This document shows positions 10,249 through 20,584 of a stretch of DNA of 64,000 bases, in pieces (the first letter of the stretch is position 1; every line of letters starts with the position of its first letter). The stretch is from Methylocystis sp. (GTDB taxonomy: Bacteria; Pseudomonadota; Alphaproteobacteria; Rhizobiales; Beijerinckiaceae), in the NCBI RefSeq assembly GCF_050251305.1, contig NZ_JBFWNB010000001.1, positions 65,044 through 129,043 on the forward strand. Reading direction: 5' to 3'. A program made the position numbers and the translations under genes. The notes below the pieces were generated by a model that was not told the origin of the DNA, searched no databases, and worked only from the letters and a program-made list of their open reading frames with translations.

Positions 10249-10773
10249 CTATTTCCCTTCGACCTTCTTCTTCAGGCCTTGAAGGCCATCGTGCAGGTAG
10301 CTCGTCATCGCTTCGCGCGCAGCGTCGTCATTCAGGTTTTCCGGCGGCTCGTTGCTCGTATCGCCGCGATAGAGTCGGCCATACCACTTTACCAAACTTC
10401 CGCCCGCCGCCGCTGGCTCGACCGTGAATGTGACGGTGTAGGAACTGACAGGCATGGCGTCGAGATTGGGATCCGACATGCGCCAGGACATTTTGAACGC
10501 CGCAGGATCATATTCGTCGAGCCCTTCCTTCAAAATGCCGCCCTTCTTGAAGGTCACTTCGCGTTCGGCGCCGGCGGCGTCGCCGCCTTGGGCCTTGACG
10601 CTCTGAACGTAGGGATGCCAGTTGGCGAGGCCGTCGAATTTCCCGGCCACGGCCCATATGGCCTGGGGATCGGCGGCGATGACGATCGACTCATCGACCT
10701 TGATCGGCGTCGGTCCATGCGCGAGCGCAGGCGCGCAGATCAACAGCGCGAAAAGTCCCAGCAGCGTTCTCAT
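10249..10773 (-). CDS. mxaD: MxaD (periplasmic SRPBCC family)
   Basis: Signal peptide, AHGPTPIKVDESIVI, FDGLANWHP; operon position. Confidence 0.88.
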   Translation of the reverse strand: MRTLLGLFALLICAPALAHGPTPIKVDESIVIAADPQAIWAVAGKFDGLANWHPYVQSVKAQGGDAAGAEREVTFKKGGILKEGLDEYDPAAFKMSWRMSDPNLDAMPVSSYTVTFTVEPAAAGGSLVKWYGRLYRGDTSNEPPENLNDDAAREAMTSYLHDGLQGLKKKVEGK

Positions 10774-11777
10774 TTGGATCTCCCTTGTTGCGGATGGCGG
10801 TTGGATGAAACGGCGCGGCGCGCTTGAGCGAACGCCTGCGCGAGCAAGGTCGCCGCGGCGGCGAAGAAGGAAAAGATGGCGGCCGCGACGCCAAAGAACG
10901 GACGCAGATCAAGCGCCGCTTCGCGCGGCCGGACAGAGGCGACGGCGGCGTAGTCCGTCCACAATCGCTTGCCGTTCTCGAGATGCGCGTAGGTCAGGCC
11001 CGTTTTTTCGGCGAACGACCGCAGGTAGTCTTCCCTGACGGACGACAGGTGCTCGACGCCGACCGCCGCCGTCGCGCCGAAGGGCGCGTTGCGCGCATTG
11101 TAGCCGTCGCGCCGTTCTGCGCCTTCCGGCGGCAAGCCGAAGCGGCTCTCGTGCGGAACGTCGGCGACGCCGAGAAACCCGATTTCCCGGCCTCTGTCGT
11201 CAAATTTCGGGATGGGCGAAAGCTCGTAGCCGCCGACGCCAATGAGAAGGCCGCGCACTTCTCCCGCCCGCCCTTCAAACGTCGGCGCGCCGCGCGCGGG
11301 AAGCGGCGGCGCCTCTTGACCGTCGGTGAAAAACAAGAGATCGCTCTTCACATCGCGCGCCATGGCGATTGCGCGGAAATAGCCCGCTGAAATCCGACTG
11401 TCGCCTTCCCACGCCATGCGCCAGTCGAGCGAATCGATCGACGTCTGCAGCGGCGTGAAATCGGCGCAGACGTCGATCGGATCGAAGAGGAGAAACGGCC
11501 TGCGTTCGCTGAAAACGGCGAGAGCGACATGCGACGGACAGGGCAATTCCGCGATCATGACGCGCAGCGCCGTTTTCACCGCCTCGAGTCGGCTGACCGG
11601 CCGGCCGGACGCCGCGTAGTCACGGACATTCATGCTGCCGGTGATGTCGACGACGGCGAGGAAATCGAATGACGGGCGCCGGACCATGATGCGCGGCGCC
11701 AGCAAGGCGACGATGAGCGACAGCGTCGCCAAGACAAGTAGAACGAGTCGGGGATCGCGCACATCCGGGCGGATCAT
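10770..11777 (-). CDS. mxaL: MxaL (vWA domain)
   Basis: VVDITGSMNVRDY, FFTDGQEAPP; 4 bp overlap with mxaD. Confidence 0.9.
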   Translation of the reverse strand: MIRPDVRDPRLVLLVLATLSLIVALLAPRIMVRRPSFDFLAVVDITGSMNVRDYAASGRPVSRLEAVKTALRVMIAELPCPSHVALAVFSERRPFLLFDPIDVCADFTPLQTSIDSLDWRMAWEGDSRISAGYFRAIAMARDVKSDLLFFTDGQEAPPLPARGAPTFEGRAGEVRGLLIGVGGYELSPIPKFDDRGREIGFLGVADVPHESRFGLPPEGAERRDGYNARNAPFGATAAVGVEHLSSVREDYLRSFAEKTGLTYAHLENGKRLWTDYAAVASVRPREAALDLRPFFGVAAAIFSFFAAAATLLAQAFAQARRAVSSNRHPQQGRSK

Positions 11778-12382
11778 GGCAGGCCCTTCGGCTTGCCGGG
11801 GATATCGGTCCAGAGCTTTTTCGGATCGGCGCTCAGTTCATCGCCGCTCTTTCTCTCGAAATCCGGAAAATCGCGGACAAGCCGCGCCGCGACGTCGAGA
11901 TTGAATTTCGCGTCCCAATAGTCGGGCGCAAGCTGCAGCGCGCGGCGATATTCGCGCTTGGCGAGATTGACGAAGGGATTCGCCGCTTCGAGTTCGGAGC
12001 GCTGGATCTGGTCGAAGGCCTTGCGCAGCAGCGCGTTCCCCAAGAGATAATGTCCCCGCGCGCGAATCCCGTCGCCGCCGCTGCGATCGAGCGCCTCCAC
12101 TGAAGCGCGCGCGTGATCGACGTCATTGCGCGCCGCGAGAAAGGCGATGCGGGCGAGAAGCGCTTCGGGCCTGGCGTTCGCGTCCACGGCGATGTCGCGC
12201 CCCTCGTCCAGCGCCTCGATCGCGTCATTGGCGGCGACGGCGTTGCGCCATTCGGTGAGAAAGGCGGCGGCCGCCAGGACGAGCACAAGACAGAGCGCGA
12301 CCAGAAGCGATGATCGCGCGTCGCGCCAGAGGGCGTGCGCCTTGTCGCGAAGGATCACGATCCACGTCGCGAAAACCGTCAT
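11774..12382 (-). CDS. mxaK: MxaK (TPR-like)
   Basis: YLLGNALLR...AKREYRRAL...WDAKFNLDVA...KKLWTDIPGKPKGLP; operon position. Confidence 0.88.
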   Translation of the reverse strand: MTVFATWIVILRDKAHALWRDARSSLLVALCLVLVLAAAAFLTEWRNAVAANDAIEALDEGRDIAVDANARPEALLARIAFLAARNDVDHARASVEALDRSGGDGIRARGHYLLGNALLRKAFDQIQRSELEAANPFVNLAKREYRRALQLAPDYWDAKFNLDVAARLVRDFPDFERKSGDELSADPKKLWTDIPGKPKGLP

Positions 12383-13380
12383 CGCGCGCGGCCTCCGACG
12401 CCCAGTCGAACTTCGGCGAGCTTTGCGGCGAGCAGCAGCGCGGTGGCGGCGAGCGCGAGCGCGAAGGCCCAGGCGCTCAGATCCGTGCGCGGCAATGTCT
12501 CGACGTAGCGGACGGGATGGCGCTCGAGCCGGTCGATTTGCTTTAGCGCCTGCGCCGTCGCCTCGGGACTTTCAGCCTCGAAGGCCCGGTAAGCGACTCC
12601 AAGTGATTTGAAGAAGAGATCGAGATGACGCTCCGGCGCGGCTTGCGGCGATTCGTCTTCCCCCGACGACTGGTCGGCGATGCCCCTGCTGCCCTCCGTG
12701 CGCAGAAACAGCCAATAGAGACCGACATTGGTTTTTCTGAATTCGGCCCTGAGGTCGTCACGCAGCTTCGGATCGATGACGCCGGCGCCGTCCGAGATGA
12801 GCAGGATCGCCCGCGACAGATCCGCCTCGCTCGTCTTGAACATCGACAGCGCCATCGCAAGGCCGCGCGCGATATTCGTGTAATCGAGGCCGGGACGGTC
12901 GATTGCGTCAATGGCGGCTTCGGTCGCGCCGATATGAGCGGAGATCGGCGTCACCAGCATCGGCGCCGTAGAAAACGCCGCGACGCCGACGAGGTCGTGT
13001 CGGCGCGCTTCAACGAACCGCTTGAGAATGCGTTTCGCCGCCGCCGCCTTCGATTCTTCGTCGCCGGACGGCGTTCGGCCCGCGAAGGTTTCGTTCATGC
13101 TGCCGCTGCGGTCGATCAGCATGACGATCTGCGCGCCTTCGGCGAAGCGCTCCACCGCCGCGCCCGCCGCATATGGCCCTGCCGCGCCGACGAGGCTTGC
13201 GGCGATCGCGACGACGCCGCCGATCGTCAGAACGCCGCTGACGAAAGCGGAACCCGTGTCGGCGGGCGCTGCAAGGAGCGAAGAAATCGTCGCGCCGCGC
13301 AGAACCGTCCGCAGCAAGGGAAGCAATGCGAGCGGCGCCAGAAACAGCGGCTCAACATGGTCGAAGCCGAAACCGCTCAC
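12379..13380 (-). CDS. mxaC: MxaC (vWA domain)
   Basis: LIDRSGSMNETF MIDAS motif, LLISDGAG; operon position. Confidence 0.9.
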   Translation of the reverse strand: MSGFGFDHVEPLFLAPLALLPLLRTVLRGATISSLLAAPADTGSAFVSGVLTIGGVVAIAASLVGAAGPYAAGAAVERFAEGAQIVMLIDRSGSMNETFAGRTPSGDEESKAAAAKRILKRFVEARRHDLVGVAAFSTAPMLVTPISAHIGATEAAIDAIDRPGLDYTNIARGLAMALSMFKTSEADLSRAILLISDGAGVIDPKLRDDLRAEFRKTNVGLYWLFLRTEGSRGIADQSSGEDESPQAAPERHLDLFFKSLGVAYRAFEAESPEATAQALKQIDRLERHPVRYVETLPRTDLSAWAFALALAATALLLAAKLAEVRLGVGGRAR

Positions 13381-14273
13381 GCCGAGCGCTCCTGCTTCGC
13401 GAGCGCGCGCACGAATTGCGCGAGCTGCGCGGCCTGAAAATCGCCGTCAGACGCCTGCCCGCCGAAGAAGCGCCGCTGCGAGGCTGCAAAAAACCGCTCG
13501 AGATCCGCTCTCAGCGGCGCAAATTCCGGATGCTTGCGCAGGAAGTCGGAAATATCTCCCGAAAGCAGCGATCCGCCATTGGCGGTATCGAGCGCGCGAT
13601 GCACCGATTGGATCGCTTCACCGAAATCGTGGCCGCCGGACTCAACACGCCAACGGGAAAATTCGTTGGCGAGCGCGGAGAAGACCCGCGTCTTGCGACG
13701 CCGGAAGGGCGGCCAGGCGCGATCGCGCGCAACGAGAGCAAGCGCCAGCAGAGCGGCGCCGCCTGCGCCGATGGCAAGATTTCGCGGCGCGGCTTCGTCG
13801 ATGAAAGCCGTCGAACCGTCGGGCCGCAGATAGTCCTCAGCGCGCTCCTGCTTCTTCGGCGCAATCTCCCTGAGGGGAGAGACGCCGACGCTCCACGCGG
13901 GAACTTTGACGGTCTCAGCGCCTGTGGCCGTCGTGATGGAAATTTCGAATCCGGGGATTTCAATGTCGCGCGCGTCGAGCGCGACGTAGAAATTCTGATA
14001 CGTGAGCTCCAGACGCCACAAGCGCTGACCCTCTCCTGACGATTCGCGCAGCGAGACGTCGCGGAGATCGAGCGAACCCGTCAGCGGGCCCGGGTGCGGC
14101 AGCGAGGCGCGAGAAAGCGTGGCGCCGGCCGGCGCCGAAACGTCGACGCGCGCGCGGATGAGGTCGCCCACGAAATAGCCGAACGGCCGCGCCGAGCGGA
14201 TTCGCGCCGTCGTCTCCTGCGCGACCGCCGGAAGAGTCGTCGCGAGCAGGAGAGCGACGCAGGCGAAGCGCAT
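13377..14273 (-). CDS. mxaA: MxaA
   Basis: Start reassigned to MRFACVALLL at 14273; 'RPFGYFVGD', 'LTYQNFYVA', 'RDRAWPPF'; lies between mxaS and mxaC. Confidence 0.85.
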   Translation of the reverse strand: MRFACVALLLATTLPAVAQETTARIRSARPFGYFVGDLIRARVDVSAPAGATLSRASLPHPGPLTGSLDLRDVSLRESSGEGQRLWRLELTYQNFYVALDARDIEIPGFEISITTATGAETVKVPAWSVGVSPLREIAPKKQERAEDYLRPDGSTAFIDEAAPRNLAIGAGGAALLALALVARDRAWPPFRRRKTRVFSALANEFSRWRVESGGHDFGEAIQSVHRALDTANGGSLLSGDISDFLRKHPEFAPLRADLERFFAASQRRFFGGQASDGDFQAAQLAQFVRALAKQERSA

Positions 14274-14281
14274 CGCCGACC

Positions 14282-15127
14282 TCACGCCGCCGTCAGCCGA
14301 GCGCTGAGATCGTCCGGATCGAAGCCGTCCACGATAAAAATCGGCGCGCGACTGCGCAGCGTCGAGAGACGGGCGAGACTGCGCCGGCGGGCGTTCTCCA
14401 CGTCGATCCAACGCCGTTGCAGCGTCGGTCGCATCAACAGGAACCGACGACGGCCGCTCTCGCTGTCCCAAAGCTCCAGCGTTCCCCATTTTGGCGGCGC
14501 GGTTTCCAGCGAATCGATCAGCACGAGCGGCGCGACATCGTGCAGCGCAAGCGCGTCGAACGTCTGTTCGATGAGCCGCTCGGGCCAACGGAAGTCGGAG
14601 ATCAGCAACACGAGCTTGCGCGCGACGCCGAGCGCCGCCGCCGCGGCGAGCACGCCTTCGGCGCCCGATCCGCGCGGCGCCTCTTGACGCAGCCTCGCGA
14701 CGGCGGCGAGCGCCGCGCGTCTCGACCGCGTCGCGGAAAGCGTCGCCCGATCGACCACCGCCTGATTGCAGGCGACCAGGCCAAAGCGATCGCCGATGCG
14801 CGTCGCCGAATAGGCGAACGCTGCGCAAAGATCGACGGCCACATCAAATCGGCTGACGGCGCCGACGAAACCCATCGACGCGGAAAGATCCACCAGCGCA
14901 TAGACGTCGATGGCGGCCATTTGCTCGAAGCGGCGCACATAGGTTGCGCCGAACGGATCGCGCAGCGTTGCGCGGACGTCGATTCGGCGCGCGTCAGGAT
15001 AGCGCATGAACGGCGCCTGGTCGCGAAAAACGCCGAAACCGCCGACCTCGCTCGACGTATGCGCGCCGACGTGATTGGCGGCATAGCGCCCGCGCGGCCG
15101 ATAGAGGATGTCGACGACGCCGTTCAT
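14282..15127 (-). CDS. mxaS: MxaS (DUF58/vWA-like MoxR partner)
   Basis: Start reassigned to MNGVVDILYRP at 15127; 'PDARRIDVRATLRDPF', 'VDLSASMGF', 'ISDF'. Confidence 0.88.
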   Translation of the reverse strand: MNGVVDILYRPRGRYAANHVGAHTSSEVGGFGVFRDQAPFMRYPDARRIDVRATLRDPFGATYVRRFEQMAAIDVYALVDLSASMGFVGAVSRFDVAVDLCAAFAYSATRIGDRFGLVACNQAVVDRATLSATRSRRAALAAVARLRQEAPRGSGAEGVLAAAAALGVARKLVLLISDFRWPERLIEQTFDALALHDVAPLVLIDSLETAPPKWGTLELWDSESGRRRFLLMRPTLQRRWIDVENARRRSLARLSTLRSRAPIFIVDGFDPDDLSARLTAA

Positions 15128-16152
15128 GGCACCGGCGTCGCGTCGAACGCCGCGTGACACAGGCGCTTGACGATGTCGTCGCCGCGCAGCGCATGGATCG
15201 GATTGACGAAGATGCGATGCGCCATGACTTCGATGAATATGTCGCGCACGTCTTCGGGAATGAGATAATCGCGCGCCTCGAGCCAGGCGCGCACGCGCGC
15301 CGCCCGCACCAGCGCCGCCAGACCGCGTGGACTCGCGCCGCCCTTCACGAGGCTGTCGACATCGACGTCCGGCAGCGACACGCCGGCCGAACCGGGCTCT
15401 ACGAGAGCCTGCCAGAGCTTGAGCACATAGCGTTCCAGCGCCGCGCTGGACCGCACATGTCTCTGTATCGCGCGCGCGACGGCGGGGATCTCGCGATAGT
15501 CGAAAGCCGCCGAACCCACGCATTCGATCAGCGTCTCCATATCATGGAACGCCGGATCGAAGACCAGTCTGCGGCGCGCCTCTTCATCGGCGGGCGCAGC
15601 CATAGGAATCTCCATAAAAAATCTGTCGCGCGCGGCCGCGGGTAATTCGAACGTCTCCTCGCGCTCCACCATGTTTCGATCGGCGAAGACGCTGAGATAG
15701 GGGAAATGATGCACGCGGTTGAACGCCGACACGCTTCGCTCGGCCATGAGCCGAAGCAGCAGCGAGTGAACCTGGGGACGCGCACGGTTGATCTCATTGA
15801 AGAAGAACACCGGCAGCGTCTCGGCCAGGCGCAGCAGCTCCGAGGGATCAACTCGCGGGCGACCGTCCGCGCCAATGTAGGTATGATAGAGAATGTCGCT
15901 CGGCATCATGTCGACCGTGCCCTCGACGCGAGCGAAGTCGCCGCCAAGCGCGCGCGACACTGAACGCAACAGCGTCGTCTTGCCGACGCCGACGTCGCCT
16001 TCGATCAGCACGTGGCCGCGCGCAAAAATGCAGATTGTCGTCAGCCGGACGACGCGCGGCTGACCGATAACCGCCTTCTGGATTTGCCCTTCGAACGCAA
16101 GGGCGCGCTCGCGCCATTCCGAAAGCTTCAGGAGGTGCAGCGTTTCGTTCAA
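15124..16152 (-). CDS. mxaR: MoxR-family AAA+ ATPase MxaR
   Basis: GHVLIEGDVGVGKTT Walker A, FFNEINRA, ELPAAARDRF, GASPRG. Confidence 0.93.
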   Translation of the reverse strand: MNETLHLLKLSEWRERALAFEGQIQKAVIGQPRVVRLTTICIFARGHVLIEGDVGVGKTTLLRSVSRALGGDFARVEGTVDMMPSDILYHTYIGADGRPRVDPSELLRLAETLPVFFFNEINRARPQVHSLLLRLMAERSVSAFNRVHHFPYLSVFADRNMVEREETFELPAAARDRFFMEIPMAAPADEEARRRLVFDPAFHDMETLIECVGSAAFDYREIPAVARAIQRHVRSSAALERYVLKLWQALVEPGSAGVSLPDVDVDSLVKGGASPRGLAALVRAARVRAWLEARDYLIPEDVRDIFIEVMAHRIFVNPIHALRGDDIVKRLCHAAFDATPVP

Positions 16153-16281
16153 GACCCGACCTCAGCGCGCCCAAAATCAAAAATGCGACCACGATCTCGG
16201 GAATGGGCCGACGCGCTATTGTCGAATACGCCGGCTCCAGATCGTGGCCGCTGGAATCATCGCGCTTTGTCGCGATGAAGC

Positions 16282-16572
16282 TTATTGAGCGATCTTGCTT
16301 ACGTCATATTCCCAGCTGCCGGTCTTCTTGAAGTTCGCGACCCGCTTCTTGTTGCGCTCTTCCATGCCCTGAATCGACGCCTGCTGTTTGGCGAGCTCCT
16401 TCGGATCGTGCTTCGGGTCATACTTCGAACCCTCGACCTTTTCCGGGAATCCGGGTTTGGGCTCCCAGCAATTGCCAGCCGCCTTGCATTTGGTGCCGTC
16501 ATAGGCCAGCGCGCCGCCCGCGCCGAACAAAATGCCGACGGTGAGCGCCGCGGCGAAATGCATCTTACGCAT
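16282..16572 (-). CDS. mxaI: Methanol dehydrogenase small subunit
   Basis: Signal peptide then YDGTKCKAAGNCWEPKPGFPEKVEGSKYDPKHDPKEL. Confidence 0.98.
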   Translation of the reverse strand: MRKMHFAAALTVGILFGAGGALAYDGTKCKAAGNCWEPKPGFPEKVEGSKYDPKHDPKELAKQQASIQGMEERNKKRVANFKKTGSWEYDVSKIAQ

Positions 16573-16641
16573 CCGTGTTTCCTCCGTTGATTTGAGGCTT
16601 GCGCCTCAGTGCTTGCGCCCCCGGCGACGGCGGCGTGAAAC

Positions 16642-17223
16642 CTACTTCGCTTTTGGTGGGCACTTGCCCGGCGGATTGTCCGGCAGCGTCTCGTGGCCCG
16701 CATAGGGCTTGAAAGCCTTGCGCTGATCGTCCGTCAGCCAGGTCGCTTTCTGCGGATCGTCCTTGAAGAGATGCCTCACCCAGGCCATGACCTGCAGCAT
16801 CTCGTCGAGCGTCAGGTTCTGATACTGTGGGCCCATCGACGCCTGCGCGCCGCCATAGATCGTCGAAAAGAACCCTTCGTCGGTTTCATTCTGCGGATAG
16901 GTCCAGTAATCGTCGTTGAGGCCGGGGCCGATCTTTCCTTCGCCGAGATGCCCGTGACACCCTGAGCACGCGGAAAGAAACAGCTGTTCGCCCTGCTTCA
17001 GGCAGCTTGCATCCTCGTTGTAGGGATTTTTGCCCGTCGCCATGAATTGCTTGACGCCTTCCGTGTCTTTTCCCTCGGGCAACGCGTCGTCGAAGTTCAG
17101 CACTTCGCCGGTGATCGTATTGCGGAACGTAATTCCTGCGGTTTGCGCGATGGCGCCGAGCGCGATGAGCGAAGCCGCAGCGCCGACGAGAGACAGGGAC
17201 AGTCCTTTGTTGCGTTTCAACAC
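16642..17223 (-). CDS. mxaG: Cytochrome cL
   Basis: [23 protein letters not shown] heme motif, [12 protein letters not shown]. Confidence 0.96.
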   Translation of the reverse strand: MLKRNKGLSLSLVGAAASLIALGAIAQTAGITFRNTITGEVLNFDDALPEGKDTEGVKQFMATGKNPYNEDASCLKQGEQLFLSACSGCHGHLGEGKIGPGLNDDYWTYPQNETDEGFFSTIYGGAQASMGPQYQNLTLDEMLQVMAWVRHLFKDDPQKATWLTDDQRKAFKPYAGHETLPDNPPGKCPPKAK

Positions 17224-17264
17224 TTAATTTTCGTCCTGTTTGTTGGCATGCGCGCGCGGCGCAT

Positions 17265-18173
17265 TCATTGACCGACGGGAAGAAGGGGAACGCCTTCCGC
17301 CTTGAGAATTTCATCGATTTTCGGACGGGCGGCGACGAGCGCCTTGTCGACTTCCGCCAACAAGGCTTTGTCGTCGCGCCGCACCGCGATCGACTGGTCG
17401 AACCGCTGCGGCACGTTTTCGCCGCTGCTCTTCACCGCGTCGTCTTCGATCAGCGTCATGCGCAAGGGAGTCGCCGACCCCTTGACATAGCGCGCGACGT
17501 CAGGCGCGAAACCGACCGCAATGTCGGCGGCGCCGCTGATCACCTCGCCGACCATGCGGCCGGGATCAATCTGCGTGTACTGATTGCGCGGCGATTTGAA
17601 ATTCACCAGCGAATAGAGATAGGCCATGTTGTCTTCATACTGGCCCATATCTTTGAGCAGCGTTTCGCCGGGAGAACCGAACGCCACGACGATGTGGCCA
17701 AGCTTTTTCAAGCGCGGATCGGACCAGGATGCGATGTCAAGGCCGCGATCGGCGCGGCTGACGAAGACATAGCCGGTCCGATAATAGGGCTTCGATGTCG
17801 CCACGCGCGGATCGCCGGCGTCGAGGCCGATGATGACGTCGCAGAGATTCTTGTCGAGAGAATCGCGCACGAGATAGATCGCCGGCCGTTGCGACCAGAC
17901 GAATTGCGCCTTGCGTTTCATCGCGTCGGCGAGCGCCACGCCGATCCTGTTCTCAAGACCGGAGCCGTCTTCCATTGACAGCGGCGGCTGATTCTTCGCC
18001 GCGCAGATGCGAAGCGTATTGGGATCGGGCGGCGGAGCCTGTTCGGCCGTGGGCGCGGCGTTCGATCCGGCGTCGCTGGAGCCGCCAAAGGAGGCGCCCT
18101 GCGCGCCGACGGTCGCGAAAGCGACGAGGAGCGCGCCGCCAAAGCCGAGGGACAAGCGAGTGATGCGCGACAT
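17265..18173 (-). CDS. mxaJ: MxaJ periplasmic solute-binding-like protein
   Basis: LRICAAKNQPPLS, KPYYRTGYVF, VNFKSPRNQYTQI; start reassigned to 18173. Confidence 0.95.
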   Translation of the reverse strand: MSRITRLSLGFGGALLVAFATVGAQGASFGGSSDAGSNAAPTAEQAPPPDPNTLRICAAKNQPPLSMEDGSGLENRIGVALADAMKRKAQFVWSQRPAIYLVRDSLDKNLCDVIIGLDAGDPRVATSKPYYRTGYVFVSRADRGLDIASWSDPRLKKLGHIVVAFGSPGETLLKDMGQYEDNMAYLYSLVNFKSPRNQYTQIDPGRMVGEVISGAADIAVGFAPDVARYVKGSATPLRMTLIEDDAVKSSGENVPQRFDQSIAVRRDDKALLAEVDKALVAARPKIDEILKAEGVPLLPVGQ

Positions 18174-18285
18174 GATTCTATTTTCCGTGATCAATTCGAT
18201 CGCCTGCTCGGACGCACGGGGGCGCATCCGAGCAGGCTTCTCACAACCCTCTTGAGGGTGGAGCGATCGATGGAGCGGCCGGCGA

Positions 18286-20160
18286 TCAGTTCGCCTTGTA
18301 TTCGCCGAGACTCAGATCGTCGTAGGGACCCTTGCCGTTAAGCGAGAACACCATCACGCCGCCGCCCATCTGGGTATAGTTGGCGAGTTGCTTGAAGGCG
18401 CCGACCGCGCCGAGACCCGCCGTCGGATCCTGGAGGTCGAACACGAGGCCGACTCCCGGCCAACCGCCGACGCCATACATGATGGCGACATATTCAACGC
18501 CATTGTGCTGGTAGACGATCGGGTGGCCGATGACTCCCGACGGCAGCTTGAACTTCCACAGCAGTTCGCCGGTGTCGCTGTGACGGGCCTTGATGAAGCC
18601 GTCGAGCGTTCCGTAGAAGACGACGTTGCCGGCCGTGGCGGCGGTGCCGCCCCACACGGCGAAGCGCTCCATCTTCTCCCATTTGAACTTGCCGGTGATG
18701 GCGTTGTAGGCCTTGATCTGGCCGAGGCCTTCACCCTTCTGACGATCGCCCTTCGGACCCGGATACATGTTCAGCGTCGCGCCGACGAAGAACTGACCCG
18801 CGCGATAGGGAAGCATGAAGGGCTCCCAGTCCATGCAGATGTGGTTCACGCCGAGGAAGAACAGCTCCTTGGTCGGATCGTAGGAGTCGAGGCCCTGGTT
18901 GTGATAGCCCATCGCCGACGGGCAGACGTCCTTGGCGAGATGGTCCATGCGCGTGCCATATTCCGGATCGCGCACCGGCAGGCCGCTCTTCAGATCGACC
19001 TTCTTGAAGACATTGACCGTGTCGTCGATCTTGTCGGCGGAGATCAGCGTGCCGTCGGTGCGATCGAGCGTGTAGACGATGCCGTTGCGGTCGGGATGGG
19101 TCAGCAGCTTGCGCGGCTTGCCGTCCTTGTCCTTCTGCTCGCTGAGCATCATGAAGTTGATGCCCGCATAGTCCCATTCGTCATGCGGCGTCTTTTGATA
19201 GCCGAACTTCGCCTCGCCCGTATTGAGGTCGCGGCCCCAGATGGTCATCGTCCATTTGTTGTCGCCCGGCCGCATGGTCTCGTTCCACGGGGCGGGATTG
19301 CCGCTGCCGTAATAGACGAGATTTGTGCCCGGATCATAAGCGAACCAGCCCCAGTTGGTGCCGCCGCCGATCTTCCAGGCGTCGCCTTCCCAGGTCGCGG
19401 TGCCGAGACCCTTCTGACCATAATGCGGATTGGCCTTGTTGAAGTCGTCGCCGATCAGCACGTCCGAATCGGGACCCGTCGCATAGGCGCGCCACTTCTG
19501 TTCGCCGGTGCGCACGTCATAGGCTGTCATATAGCCACGCACGCCGAGTTCGGCGCCCGAGCTGCCGATGAGCACGATGTCCTTGTAGATGTGCGGAGCG
19601 ACGGTCAGCGTCGAGCCGACCTTGAAGTCGGAGTTTTCGATTTTCCAATATTCCGCGCCGGTGTCGGCGTTCAGCGCGACGACATGGCCGTCAAGCAGCG
19701 TCTTGACGACGAGCGACGGCGTCTTTCCGTCGCCGGGCCAATACGCAAGGCCGCGATTGACGATGTCGCAGCAGGCGACGGCGCGCGCGGCGGCGTTCTG
19801 CTTCGGCTTATGCTGCCAGAGAATGCGGGTCGGATCGTCAAGATTGAGGGCGAAGGTGTTGTTGGGGAAGGACGTATGAACATACATCTTGCCGTCGATG
19901 ACGATCGGCGACCCTTCGTGGCCGCTCAGCAGGCCGGTCGAGAACGACCATGCGACCTTCAGATTCTTGACATTGTCGGCGTTGACCTGGTTCAGCGCGC
20001 TGTAGTGATTGGCGCTGTAGTTCTTTCCCTGCATGGCCCAGTTGTTTTCGCTCTTCGTCAGAGCTTCGAGCTTGTCCTCGGCGACCGCGGCGGACATCGT
20101 CACCACCGGCGCCGCGATCAGCACGGACAACAAGGACACGGAATTCAGCAGTTTCCTCAT
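18286..20160 (-). CDS. mxaF: Ca2+/PQQ methanol dehydrogenase large subunit
   Basis: ACCD vicinal disulfide; HDEWDYAG with Ala at the position of the lanthanide-binding Asp of XoxF; GGAGGA RBS before the ATG at 20160. Confidence 0.99.
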   Translation of the reverse strand: MRKLLNSVSLLSVLIAAPVVTMSAAVAEDKLEALTKSENNWAMQGKNYSANHYSALNQVNADNVKNLKVAWSFSTGLLSGHEGSPIVIDGKMYVHTSFPNNTFALNLDDPTRILWQHKPKQNAAARAVACCDIVNRGLAYWPGDGKTPSLVVKTLLDGHVVALNADTGAEYWKIENSDFKVGSTLTVAPHIYKDIVLIGSSGAELGVRGYMTAYDVRTGEQKWRAYATGPDSDVLIGDDFNKANPHYGQKGLGTATWEGDAWKIGGGTNWGWFAYDPGTNLVYYGSGNPAPWNETMRPGDNKWTMTIWGRDLNTGEAKFGYQKTPHDEWDYAGINFMMLSEQKDKDGKPRKLLTHPDRNGIVYTLDRTDGTLISADKIDDTVNVFKKVDLKSGLPVRDPEYGTRMDHLAKDVCPSAMGYHNQGLDSYDPTKELFFLGVNHICMDWEPFMLPYRAGQFFVGATLNMYPGPKGDRQKGEGLGQIKAYNAITGKFKWEKMERFAVWGGTAATAGNVVFYGTLDGFIKARHSDTGELLWKFKLPSGVIGHPIVYQHNGVEYVAIMYGVGGWPGVGLVFDLQDPTAGLGAVGAFKQLANYTQMGGGVMVFSLNGKGPYDDLSLGEYKAN

Positions 20161-20584
20161 GGACGAGTCCTCCTGCAACGTCGCCCGGACGCCTTCACGG
20201 CTTCTTGGACGGCGACGTCGCCTCGCAGATAGACGGCCAAAATGCAGCCGTCATGGGTTATCGACGGTCGCTTAGTCCCGCTGCGCATCGGCGCAAATTC
20301 GGGATGACGATCCGCGGGCATATAAGTTTATGCGCTCGGCCGAGTCTTCACGATTTATCGGTAATGTGTCTCGGGAATGATCGGCATATACGTTCCCGAT
20401 GCTTCCCGGCGCCTTGGCGCTTGACGAAGATTCGCGCACGGATTTTGTTGACGGAATCGCCTTCGCTGCATTTAGAGAACAAATCTTGGACGCTCTTACG
20501 CCGAGCAATTCGCCTGCATCCCCAACGCGCGCCTTTCCGCTCACGCTGCGCCGGTCTGGAATTCGTCGCGGCACGGTCGCCGTC

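Noticed and set aside
18286-20160. Lanthanide-dependent XoxF
   Set aside because: The WDYAG motif has Ala, not the extra Asp, and mxaI is present, so this is Ca-type MxaF.
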